From positions 160,001-224,000 of the forward strand of contig OY969100.1 in assembly GCA_963697895.1 (NCBI GenBank): a stretch of DNA of 64,000 nt, in the 5' to 3' direction. The notes beneath the pieces are model-generated. The model was not told the DNA's origin. It did no database searches and saw nothing but the letters and a program-made list of their open reading frames with translations. A program made the position numbers and the translations under genes. How positions within the stretch are numbered: the stretch's first letter is position 1; every line of letters begins with the position of its first letter. Shown here one piece after another: positions 1 to 9,311 of this stretch. Source of the stretch: an uncultured Methanomicrobiales archaeon. GTDB lineage: Archaea > Halobacteriota > Methanomicrobia > Methanomicrobiales > Methanospirillaceae.

Positions 1-148
1 TGGTGCACGCCTGTTCGTGCAGGCCGGGGCAGGGGTCATGGCGGAATCAGATCCGGCACAGGAGAATGAGGAAGTCAGGATGAAAATGTCGCCTATGCTG
101 GCTGCCTTGTCCGGTACGAGAGACCACCCTCCAGATCGCAGGGGATGA
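1..148 (+). CDS. 3' end of a chorismate-binding (MST family: anthranilate/isochorismate/salicylate/ADC synthase-like) enzyme, truncated by window edge
   Basis: Not in the ORF track. Frame 2 reads GARLFVQAGAGVMAESDPAQENEEVRMKMSPMLAAL..., matching the QAGAGxxxxSDPxxExxE C-terminal motif of chorismate-binding enzymes. TGA at 146-148 overlaps the next ATG. Confidence 0.7.
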   Translation, partial: GARLFVQAGAGVMAESDPAQENEEVRMKMSPMLAALSGTRDHPPDRRG

Positions 149-933
149 TGATGGATACCCCGGAAAGAGTGGCAGTTATCAGTGGTGCTGCGCATGGCAT
201 TGGGAAAGCGACAGCCCTGATGCTGGCCGGGCAGGTGAATGCCCTGATACTGATGGACAGAGACGAAGAAGGGCTGGTCGGGACAAGGAACCGGATACGG
301 GAAAAAGCGGGGAAAGGCACCGCAGGAACCATTGATACGTATCCGGTTGATGCAACACGGGAAACCGAAGTAAAAGAAGTATTCGCCCGAATTCAGGATA
401 CGTATCCGAGGCTTGATATTCTCATCAATGCCGTTGGCGGCAGTTCGTCGGGAGGGTACGCGGGAGTCCTCACGGAGGAGATGGATCTGCTCCAGTGGCA
501 GTCGATCATCACGCTCAATCTGACTTCTGCCTTTCTCTGTTGCCGGGAAGCCATCCCGTTGATGAAAAAACACGGTTACGGCAGAATCGTCAATTTTTCA
601 TCGATTGCACGGCATGGCAGACGGGACAAGGTTTCCACTGCGTATGCCGCATCCAAAGCCGGGGTGGACGGGTTTACGCGGAAACTGGCACGTGAAATCG
701 CGCCCTTTGGCATTACCTGCAACGCTGTCGCCTCCGGAATTACCCTGACAGAACGGATCGACGAACAATTCTGGAGCGTCAGGTCTGATGCACAGAAACG
801 CGCAGTGCTTGATTCGATACCGCTCGGACGGCTTTCAACCCCTGAAGAACAAGCACAGGTGGTCGTTTTTCTGGCTTCGGAAGCCGCCAGCTACCTGACG
901 GGTCAGATTATCGAGGTGAGCGGTGGAATCTGA
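145..933 (+). CDS. Short-chain dehydrogenase/reductase (FabG-like SDR)
   Basis: SGAAHGIG nucleotide-binding motif, NAVG, GRIVNFSS, catalytic YAASK, C-terminal TGQIIEVSGG. Confidence 0.9.
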   Translation: MMMDTPERVAVISGAAHGIGKATALMLAGQVNALILMDRDEEGLVGTRNRIREKAGKGTAGTIDTYPVDATRETEVKEVFARIQDTYPRLDILINAVGGSSSGGYAGVLTEEMDLLQWQSIITLNLTSAFLCCREAIPLMKKHGYGRIVNFSSIARHGRRDKVSTAYAASKAGVDGFTRKLAREIAPFGITCNAVASGITLTERIDEQFWSVRSDAQKRAVLDSIPLGRLSTPEEQAQVVVFLASEAASYLTGQIIEVSGGI

Positions 934-1948
934 CCAAAAACACCTGAATGTGGTCGTCATCGGCGGTGGCACCATGGGCACGGCCCTGTCCCATGTGATC
1001 GCATCTGCCGGCCATTCCTGCACCCTCCTGACCGATGACAGGGTGGTTGCAGAATCGGTGAATACCCTGCACCGCCATCCCGTATTCTTTGATGGCCTGA
1101 ATATTCACGACAGGGTGAAAGGGGTGACTGCACCTGATGCCTGTATCCCCGATGCAGAACTGCTTGTCATGGCGGTGCCGTCTTACGATATGCGGGAGGT
1201 TGCACGGCGGATGGGACATTTGACGAAAACGCACCAATCGGTGCTGTCGGTGACGAAGGGGTTTGAACCGGTCACCCACAAGCTGATGTCCCGGGTCCTG
1301 CGCGAGGAGTGGGAGACGGTACATATAGGAACGCTTTCTGGTCCGAATATTACCCTGGATCTGGTCAGGAATCTGCCCACGACGCTTCTCGTGTCTTCAA
1401 CTTCACCGCAGATGCTGGATCACGGAAAACTCGCGTTCTCCTCGGGCACGGTCAACGTTGCCGTATCGACAGATATCCGGACGTTTGAACATATCAGTGC
1501 ATTAAAAAATGGTGTCGCCATTGAAGTGGGCATTGTCACCGGCCTGGGATTGGGCGACAACTTCAGGGCCCTGGTGCTGGCCAGGGGCATGGCTGAAATA
1601 AGCCGGCTTTTGAAACGAATGGGGCTGCATGCCGGGGCATTCTATGGTCCGGCGGGCCTGTCAGACATATTCCTGACCTGCTCCAGCCAATTTGCGAAGA
1701 ACTATGCCATCGGCCTGCAGCTGGGCGGCGGTGCATCCCTGGCCCGGCTGCTCGATGACCTGAAGAAACATGGCGAAGTCGTCGAAGGCCTCGAATCAGT
1801 GAAGGCAGGGCATTCGCTGGCGCAAAAATTTGGCTGTAAAGCCCCCCTGCTCGAGGCCACTCACCGGTTTATCTATCAGAACGCCGGCGGAGAGTTCGGT
1901 GCCGATCAGTTCATCTCAGCAGCGTTCAGGGATGGGAGCGCCTTCTAG
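923..1948 (+). CDS. gpsA: NAD(P)H-dependent glycerol-3-phosphate dehydrogenase-like protein (GpsA family, divergent)
   Basis: GGGTMGTAL, AVPS, TKGFE, LSGPN, ALKNxxAI, GLGLGDN, RGMAEI, DIFLTC motifs; canonical SRN reads AKN. Confidence 0.75.
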   Translation: MESDQKHLNVVVIGGGTMGTALSHVIASAGHSCTLLTDDRVVAESVNTLHRHPVFFDGLNIHDRVKGVTAPDACIPDAELLVMAVPSYDMREVARRMGHLTKTHQSVLSVTKGFEPVTHKLMSRVLREEWETVHIGTLSGPNITLDLVRNLPTTLLVSSTSPQMLDHGKLAFSSGTVNVAVSTDIRTFEHISALKNGVAIEVGIVTGLGLGDNFRALVLARGMAEISRLLKRMGLHAGAFYGPAGLSDIFLTCSSQFAKNYAIGLQLGGGASLARLLDDLKKHGEVVEGLESVKAGHSLAQKFGCKAPLLEATHRFIYQNAGGEFGADQFISAAFRDGSAF

Positions 1949-2155
1949 AATCAATCGCGGCCAACATTTCGCAGCGGGGAACCCGTGTCCGGGCCCTGAT
2001 CGCGGTGTGCCTGCTGCCGCTTGCGGCGCAGACACATGAATGTCGCGGAGCAGCGTCACGAATGCAGAGGAATCTGGTGTTGCCGGGATTATGCCTGCTG
2101 CGATATCCCACGCAGGGAAAAAAATTAAGAATATACGTGTGATACCGGGTATGAT

Positions 2156-2791
2156 ATGATAAAATCCAAGTCGGATTATACATTTTATCTGAAAGCGGAC
2201 AAAATAGCTCTGGAAATCCCCGACAGAAGGCGGCTTTTTTACCCCGATGAAATCTGGCGTTATCAGCGGTTGCTTCGAAAAGTGGAATATTTCATGAACT
2301 GTAAGAAAAAATCGAAAATCTGGAGGCCCTATACATTTTATTTAAAATTAAGATTACGGAGACGGGGAATGAAACTGGGTTTTTTAATCCCTCCCCATGT
2401 ATTTGGTCCCGGTTTATCAATAGCTCATTTCGGAACGCTTATTGTGAATCCTCAGGTAATGGTCGGAGAAAATTGCCGGATCCACAATTGTGTGCACATA
2501 GGGACGCATTGCCATGCGAAAGGAGAACCGGATAAATGTCCAACGATCGGGAACAATGTATTCATCGGACCCGGTTCGGTGATTGTCGGTGAGATTACCA
2601 TCGCTGACGACATTGTAATAGGAGCAAATTCTTTTGTTAATTCGTCTTTCCTGGAACCGGGGATTACCATCGCGGGGGCTCCGGCAAGAAAAGTAAGCGA
2701 TAAGGGATTCGATCGCTGTTTTCATAAAGCCACGGAAGTTTTAAGGAAAGAACTCCGGAACTCTCAAAATTGGTCCGATACGGTGAAATAA
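2156..2791 (+). CDS. Serine-acetyltransferase-like hexapeptide-repeat acyltransferase
   Basis: FGPGLSIAHFG, PTIGNNVFIGPG, IGANSFV, AGAPARK left-handed beta-helix motifs. Confidence 0.85.
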   Translation: MIKSKSDYTFYLKADKIALEIPDRRRLFYPDEIWRYQRLLRKVEYFMNCKKKSKIWRPYTFYLKLRLRRRGMKLGFLIPPHVFGPGLSIAHFGTLIVNPQVMVGENCRIHNCVHIGTHCHAKGEPDKCPTIGNNVFIGPGSVIVGEITIADDIVIGANSFVNSSFLEPGITIAGAPARKVSDKGFDRCFHKATEVLRKELRNSQNWSDTVK

Positions 2792-2992
2792 CAATAGTTA
2801 TCCGCGACGAATGCAGTTTATACCGGGGTATTCGAAATGACCGTATACCCGGCAGAGACGATGATCGGCAGGAAGGAGCAGACCGGGATATGAGTCAAAA
2901 GCATTAGGATCATAGCCGAAGAAACACTATGGTTAATGGATCCTGATTATATGAATACCGAGTCCACGTTCAAATCCAGGCGGATATGAACA

Positions 2993-4069
2993 ATGGCTGA
3001 ACAAATCCTTCTCATACGGACCGTATGGCCTCACTGGGGACAATTCTCCGGAATAAATCAATTTATAAAATATATTGATACTGATCGATATATCATCGAG
3101 GAGCATTTGACGTCACCTCGTGACGAGGACTTCCCCATCCGGAATCCCGCCGTACAAAAATTCCTTCGGAATTTCTTCCAAAAAGGGACCAAATGGTATA
3201 ATTTGAGTGATTTAAATGCTGAACTAAGCGCATTTTTATCGAGTATATCCTCGCAAACAGATCTCATCCATTTTTTAACCGCCGATCATGGAACTCAGTT
3301 TCTTCCTTTCCTGTTCAGGAGATCAGGTCGCAGAACCAAAATTATGGGGACGTATCACCAGCCCCCGTACCTGTTAAAACAAGTGACGAGTAAAGCCGTT
3401 ATTCGCAGGCTGGATGCAGTTATGGTCGTGTCACCGGATCAGATTCCTTACTTTACAGAAATAATGGATCCGGAAAGGATTCATCTGATCCTCCACGGAA
3501 TCGATACCCACTATTTTCAGCCCGGCAGTTATTCAATGGATAACGGCAGATTCAGGTGTATAACTGTTGGATTTTGGTTGAGGGACTTAATAGCAGTCCG
3601 GGAAGTTGCTTCCCGGCTGGCGCAGTATAAAAATATTGAATTCCATGTCATCCAGTCAAGGATGTCCGGTCCCCCGGAGCTGGGTTTAGAGGATCTGGAC
3701 AATGTCATCCTGCATAGGGACGAGATAAGCGATGAAATGTTGCGGGAGATGTATCAGAGATCTCACGTATTATTCCTGCCACTCAAGGAATCCACGGCAA
3801 ACAATGCGCTTCTTGAAGGACTTTCCTGCGGCCTCCCTATTGTATCGACCGTATTACCGTCAGTTCAGGCATATGTTTCCATGGAGGGGGCCGTATTAAT
3901 AGATAATAACGATCCCGATCGGTTGGCGGAAGCAATAGTATATCTGTATGAAAATCTGGATGAACAGAGAAAAATGGGTCAAAAATCGAGAGAAAGAGCG
4001 CTGGAATTAGACTGGCACCGGATTACACCTCTTATCGAAGATATGTACGGACAGGTGATTCATGAATGA
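2993..4069 (+). CDS. Glycosyltransferase family 4
   Basis: HGIDTHYF, NNALLEGLSCGLPIV and GT-B C-terminal helix pattern. Confidence 0.9.
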   Translation: MAEQILLIRTVWPHWGQFSGINQFIKYIDTDRYIIEEHLTSPRDEDFPIRNPAVQKFLRNFFQKGTKWYNLSDLNAELSAFLSSISSQTDLIHFLTADHGTQFLPFLFRRSGRRTKIMGTYHQPPYLLKQVTSKAVIRRLDAVMVVSPDQIPYFTEIMDPERIHLILHGIDTHYFQPGSYSMDNGRFRCITVGFWLRDLIAVREVASRLAQYKNIEFHVIQSRMSGPPELGLEDLDNVILHRDEISDEMLREMYQRSHVLFLPLKESTANNALLEGLSCGLPIVSTVLPSVQAYVSMEGAVLIDNNDPDRLAEAIVYLYENLDEQRKMGQKSRERALELDWHRITPLIEDMYGQVIHE

Positions 4070-4170
4070 ACAGGGTGTGCCTCGTACTGCATCAGGGAAC
4101 AGACTTCTTTTAAACCGGACCAATTTCGTGTCCATACTATTTTATAAAACTCAAATATATCATTAATGAA

Positions 4171-4410
4171 ATGAAACCGGATTACACAATCTGCCTTGCG
4201 ACCAGTCAATTTGAGGGAATAGACCCTGTTGGTGGCATTGGTACGTATTATCGGGAACTATCCCTCCTGTTCGCGAAAAACGGGTGGAATGTCACTGTCG
4301 TGTATCTCTCGGAGCGTGGGGGTGATCCGATTGAAAAGGATATCAACGCATTTTCAAATTATTTTTTCAATGCCTGCGGTACCAGAGACCTGAGCATCCG
4401 GAACGGATAA
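4171..4410 (+). pseudogene. N-terminal fragment of a GT4 glycosyltransferase
   Basis: ICLATSQF...GGIGTYYRELSLLFAKNGWNVTVVY is a typical GT4 N-terminus; stops after 79 aa with no recognisable continuation. Confidence 0.6.
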
Positions 4411-4556
4411 AATTGGCAGTTCCAGGGGCATCTCCCGAATACGGGTACAAAAACAGCAGACAGAGATCGGAGAGGATTTAACCCGTCGGATGGGCGACAT
4501 CAGCGGAAATATTTATTCCTGAAAGGTGAATTTACCTATGAAAGGGGCCATAAAGG

Positions 4557-6107
4557 GTGCTGGATATTGACGAAGCGGGAAAAAACTCATTCAAATTAAT
4601 TTTTTCGAAGAACGAGCCGGACTCGATTACCGTTGAAAAGTCCGGCAGGATACGGGTAAATAACAATACTATCCGCCTGGACTACAAGAATAATAGTGAA
4701 ACCATCGGATGGGCCGAAAATTCCGGTTGGATAATCAGGACCCTTCACCAGAATATTCTCCCCCTTTATGTGAGGGTTGTGCGGGATATGGTCTGGGTGT
4801 CGAATGACATCTCGGAATTATTGGTACCGGATGAAGTGGTCTCTGTCAGGCGGGTCGAGCTGTTGCTCGCCGCAGCCGGGTCCCAGGGAATCCGGACTGC
4901 ATTATCCCGTTTAATAGATGATATCATGTTATTGATGCCGTTATCGCGGTACCGGGTCTCTTTTGAGGATCGCATCCCTTCAGTTACCTGGTCGGATATC
5001 GATTTTGCATTTCGCAAAAACGCCACAAAGGAGGATTTTCTGGATCTTCTCACCGGCCAATATGACAAAGCGTATCATCAGGATCCCGAGATCTGCCTTG
5101 CGATATCCGGTGGATGGGACAGCAGGCTTGAGCTGGCTATATTAACCCGCCTGAATAAAAAAGTCCATTGTTACCATGCGATAATTTCCAAGCGCGAAGC
5201 GGAACAGGCCAGGCTTGTCGCCCGGACTGCCGGAGCATCCTTCCGCGAATTGCCGTACGAGCAATTGATCATGCCCGGGTGGGATCTCCTCAGACAAAAG
5301 GGGTATCTGACCAGATGGGATGGATTTTTTGCACCGGGAGCGCTGTATTCCGCCGGACTCTGTGCCGAGATGATAAAAGAGCACCCTGCTGCTGCCATAC
5401 GGGTGATGAGCTCTTTAACGGGTTGGAAAGGCCGGCTCTACGAGCATTCAGGGGATTTACGGGAGTACTGGCTGCACAAGGAGGAGAGTTATTTCGACAG
5501 GTGCCAGGTAATTTTCCCGGAATATGGCCCGCTTCTCGAGCAGGAACAGGAGCGAAGGCAGGAGATCGTCTCCGGTTTAATCCCGGTAATACTGGCAAAA
5601 TGCGAGAGGCCCGATATTGCTGTCGATATTTCATATAATATGCTGGCTTACAGCAGGATGGATACGAGAGAGACATTCTTGTGTGAAAATGGTATGCCTG
5701 TTTTTGATGGTGCGAAGGAAGCGGGAGATTTTTTCATATCATTGCCTGAAGAGGATAAAAAACAGCCCGTCTTTCTCGAATGGGCGATTGCGCAGCTGAG
5801 TCCCGTCCTTTCGAAGGTGCCGCATACCACCTCCTCGATGAAACGCACGGAGCGGGAGTTTGGCCTGATAGGGCGTATCCGCTTATTCAGTGGGTTCCTG
5901 GGCAGGTTTTCAAAACTGGACAGAGGTTACAGCCAGGATTGGTTTCGAGATCCGGACGTTGTCGACGTGTTTGAAATGATACCTGAAATAAAGCAGATAT
6001 CAGAACGGGTCAGTGATGGTAAACCCCGGTTATATATCGCCCAGATATGCAGGTTTCTGAAAGCCGTACAGGAAAAGAAAAATGTCTCTTTCCGGGTAGT
6101 CGAATAG
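4557..6107 (+). CDS. Asparagine-synthase-like PP-loop protein, divergent
   Basis: ISGGWDSR PP-loop; 516 aa. True start may be ATG 4538 (after AGGTGA) with one extra G near 4555. Confidence 0.6.
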   Translation: MLDIDEAGKNSFKLIFSKNEPDSITVEKSGRIRVNNNTIRLDYKNNSETIGWAENSGWIIRTLHQNILPLYVRVVRDMVWVSNDISELLVPDEVVSVRRVELLLAAAGSQGIRTALSRLIDDIMLLMPLSRYRVSFEDRIPSVTWSDIDFAFRKNATKEDFLDLLTGQYDKAYHQDPEICLAISGGWDSRLELAILTRLNKKVHCYHAIISKREAEQARLVARTAGASFRELPYEQLIMPGWDLLRQKGYLTRWDGFFAPGALYSAGLCAEMIKEHPAAAIRVMSSLTGWKGRLYEHSGDLREYWLHKEESYFDRCQVIFPEYGPLLEQEQERRQEIVSGLIPVILAKCERPDIAVDISYNMLAYSRMDTRETFLCENGMPVFDGAKEAGDFFISLPEEDKKQPVFLEWAIAQLSPVLSKVPHTTSSMKRTEREFGLIGRIRLFSGFLGRFSKLDRGYSQDWFRDPDVVDVFEMIPEIKQISERVSDGKPRLYIAQICRFLKAVQEKKNVSFRVVE

Positions 6108-6306
6108 ACGCACCATTCTGCAGGATAACGCTGCTGATGGGGACCCCCCCCCGATCAGAATGATAATTTCCCGTTTGCCGTCAAATGATGGTCTGGTATC
6201 GGCCGGTGAACCGATCCCATTTACCCTGTTCCGGGTCTGGCTATCGATCGGAATAAGCACATTGGCAGGGAGTTCTACAGGTTTCCCCGGAATGGGAGAC
6301 GGTGCA

Positions 6307-7683
6307 TCACTCAACACACCGGATATAATAGAGATTCTTTGCCAGTCTCGAGGCCTTAACCGACCCAAAACGCCCGGAGATCTCATGGAATCGGTTAATA
6401 CAGTCCAAAACATCGGATAGTTCAAGTTCTTCGAATTTATGCTCTAAATATCTTTTGTTCCCTCCGGACCGCTCGAACGTATCCAGGATGGACAAATACC
6501 CCTTAACCAAAAAAGGCCTGAACAGGTCTCCCCGACTCATATCACTTCCCCGGAGATTTTCCATAATGGGGAGGAGTGATCTGACGATGCGTTCACACGC
6601 GAACTCCCCATCGATGGAGGCGATATGCGCCTCTGCGATCGAACGCCGTTCCGGGTCGTGGAATAAAGAGTCATCTTCATCCCTCTCCCATACGTTCCGG
6701 ATCTTTTCTTTCAGTGCATGGGTATCGGAAACAATGTAGCTTAACGCATTCGGCAGATAATTGTCAAACTTCTCCGATACGACCGGACAATACGCGATCA
6801 CCGGAGTTTTCATAAGGAATGACTCTATCCCGGTGGTACACCCGTTATGAATCACGGCCCTGGCCGCCCCGAGCCAGGGGACAATGTACCCCTCGTGAAC
6901 TACCATGACCCGGCTCAGCCCACGGGTAATGTCTCTCCAGAATTGTTGGTTTTCCGAAGGATGCGGACGGAGAACGATTCGGTAGTCAGGAAACTCATCG
7001 TTCAGTTCCCGAATCATCCCGACAAAAAAATTCAGTATCGTCTTCTGGTGCGCCAGTCGTTCCCGGTGAAAGAGTTCATCATCCTTACCCTTGATCAACC
7101 CCCTCTGCTCAAGAAGGGTAAAACCAAAATCAGGGCCCTTGAAATGGTTTGAGGAGGCAAAATTGGTATTGATGAGAATAAAATCCCCGTAGGTATCCTG
7201 TATTTTTTTTATATCATCCTGAAAGACGGACCGGAATTCAGTTCTTAACAGGTCGAAACGGGGATTCCCTGTTGGAAGAACCTTTTCCTTCATCCCACCG
7301 GATTTTGAGAGAATAATGTCGGATTGGAAATTTCCCCACGCATAAAACTTCTCGACCAATCCCATTGCTTCCGGTGAGATCCGGTAGCGGAGGTACATTT
7401 CCGGGCTGTAGATAGCAAGCCCTTCCTCATCCAGAGCCACGTTTTTATGGCCGGAAGCCTGGACCGCCCTTAATGCCTTCACATGCTGTTGCGCAACTCC
7501 ATAATGCAAAGAGATACCCCTTGGCATATGCGGTAGACATCGGCCCAGACTATTTTCCTGGCCGATCACCACATGAAAACCATTCTCTGCCGAAAATAAC
7601 GCTAAAAGTAGTTTACCATACAGTTCGCGGGTTTTTACATCCATCGGGATATAAAACCATCCTCTTTTCTGAACACATTCCAT
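6307..7683 (-). CDS. Surface carbohydrate biosynthesis protein (GT-B-like)
   Basis: KTRELYGKLLLA, LDEEGL, TGNPRFDLL, ILINTNF, RPHPSE, IHNGCTTGIES motifs. Confidence 0.8.
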   Translation of the reverse strand: MECVQKRGWFYIPMDVKTRELYGKLLLALFSAENGFHVVIGQENSLGRCLPHMPRGISLHYGVAQQHVKALRAVQASGHKNVALDEEGLAIYSPEMYLRYRISPEAMGLVEKFYAWGNFQSDIILSKSGGMKEKVLPTGNPRFDLLRTEFRSVFQDDIKKIQDTYGDFILINTNFASSNHFKGPDFGFTLLEQRGLIKGKDDELFHRERLAHQKTILNFFVGMIRELNDEFPDYRIVLRPHPSENQQFWRDITRGLSRVMVVHEGYIVPWLGAARAVIHNGCTTGIESFLMKTPVIAYCPVVSEKFDNYLPNALSYIVSDTHALKEKIRNVWERDEDDSLFHDPERRSIAEAHIASIDGEFACERIVRSLLPIMENLRGSDMSRGDLFRPFLVKGYLSILDTFERSGGNKRYLEHKFEELELSDVLDCINRFHEISGRFGSVKASRLAKNLYYIRCVE

Positions 7684-8225
7684 GATACCGAACGCGAAGA
7701 AGAAATACCCTGGCCGGCCCTAATTGTCCCCCATCTCATTTCTCCTGTTACCCGGGAGAGTAGTACAATACATTGGCATGGCGCCCCCATCGACTCTGAG
7801 ATCAACGGGAATGAAAACCCAGCGACGTGAAGAATGTCTCATCTCCTCACGAAATTGCACCCGCTTCCAGATCCCCGGCATCCCGGCAGACCCGCACCCT
7901 CACTTCCCCGTCTTGCGTAAACCATTTGCGTTCTTCGCCCATAAATTCTCTCTTTTGACGTCTCTTGATGTTATCACCCGGGAATAGGAGTTCCCGCTTA
8001 CCGGTAGCGCACCGGTCAACTCTTCTTCCCGGGATGCCGGGAGTGGGAAGGTTTTTATGATCCCGTTTGGGGATAATCCGCGGTATCCGCTCCGGAATGC
8101 GAGGAATCTATCGCATATCACCACGCATGAGAGGAATCCCGCCGGGTGGTGAGAGAGGTATGAGAACCCATCCGCGGGGTGCCTTTCATGAGCTGATCTT
8201 AAGATGCGGTGAAAAAAACAGATGA

Positions 8226-9212
8226 GTGGATTATGCAGGCATGAAGGCACTTGTCACCGGGTGTGCGGGATTTATCGGGAGCACGCTGACCGACCAGCTG
8301 TTGGGCGAGGGGTACGAGGTCATCGGCATCGACCGGTTCTCGGACTACTATCCCCGGGAGATCAAGGAACGGAACCTCTCCCGTGCACGGGATCACCCGC
8401 GGTTTACCCTGATCGAAGAAGATATTGCGGGGATGAAGACCTTTCCGAAGGTCGATTATGTCTTCCATCTCGCTGCCCAGGCAGGGGTCCGGGCATCGTG
8501 GGGGAAGAATTTTGATATCTACACCCGCGACAACATCCAGGCGTCCCAGCGGCTGCTCGAATTCTACAAGGACGCGGGGATCAGGAAATTCGTGTACTCG
8601 TCATCTTCATCGGTGTACGGCGATGCGGAGCTTCCGATGCGCGAAGATCGCCCGGTATCCCCCGTATCTCCTTACGGGGTCACCAAACTCGCCGCAGAGC
8701 ACCTCTGCTCCCTCTACGGGAAGAACTATGCACTGCCCACCGTATCGCTCCGCTACTTTTCGGTGTACGGCCCCCGTCAGCGGCCGGATATGGGGATTTA
8801 CCGGTTCGTCGATGCCATACGGGGCGGCAGGGCGATCACCGTGTACGGGGAAGGCAACCAGACGAGGGATTTCACCTATATCGATGATATCGTGGATGCA
8901 AACGTCGTCGCCGCGGGAAGCGGGACTGCCGGAGGGGCATTCAACATCGGCGGGGGAAACCGGATACGGGTCAACGACCTGATCGAAGCGATCGAGGAGG
9001 CTACCGGGATGAATGCGACCCTTCGCTACATCGAACGGCAAAAGGGCGATGTAGAGGATACGTGGGCTGATACGCAGAAGGCCAGAGAGCTGCTCGGGTG
9101 GGGTGCAAAGGTGGACATCCGGGAAGGGTTGGATCGGTACGTGGCGTGGATCAGAGACGGAACGCACGAAACGGGAAGAGCACGGGGGTCGGGCATACCG
9201 GATCGTCTTTAG
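8226..9212 (+). CDS. NAD-dependent nucleotide-sugar epimerase/dehydratase
   Basis: TGCAGFIG, HLAAQAGVR, SSSSVYG, SPYGVTK, YGPRQRPDM, RDFTYIDD. Confidence 0.95.
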   Translation: MDYAGMKALVTGCAGFIGSTLTDQLLGEGYEVIGIDRFSDYYPREIKERNLSRARDHPRFTLIEEDIAGMKTFPKVDYVFHLAAQAGVRASWGKNFDIYTRDNIQASQRLLEFYKDAGIRKFVYSSSSSVYGDAELPMREDRPVSPVSPYGVTKLAAEHLCSLYGKNYALPTVSLRYFSVYGPRQRPDMGIYRFVDAIRGGRAITVYGEGNQTRDFTYIDDIVDANVVAAGSGTAGGAFNIGGGNRIRVNDLIEAIEEATGMNATLRYIERQKGDVEDTWADTQKARELLGWGAKVDIREGLDRYVAWIRDGTHETGRARGSGIPDRL

Positions 9213-9311
9213 GAAAAAAGGTTCATCCGATACGAATACTACAGATATGAAATAATGTAAACATCGGATGAATTCCGGAATTTCCCCCTTTCCCGGTAAT
9301 CCGGCCGGTGC

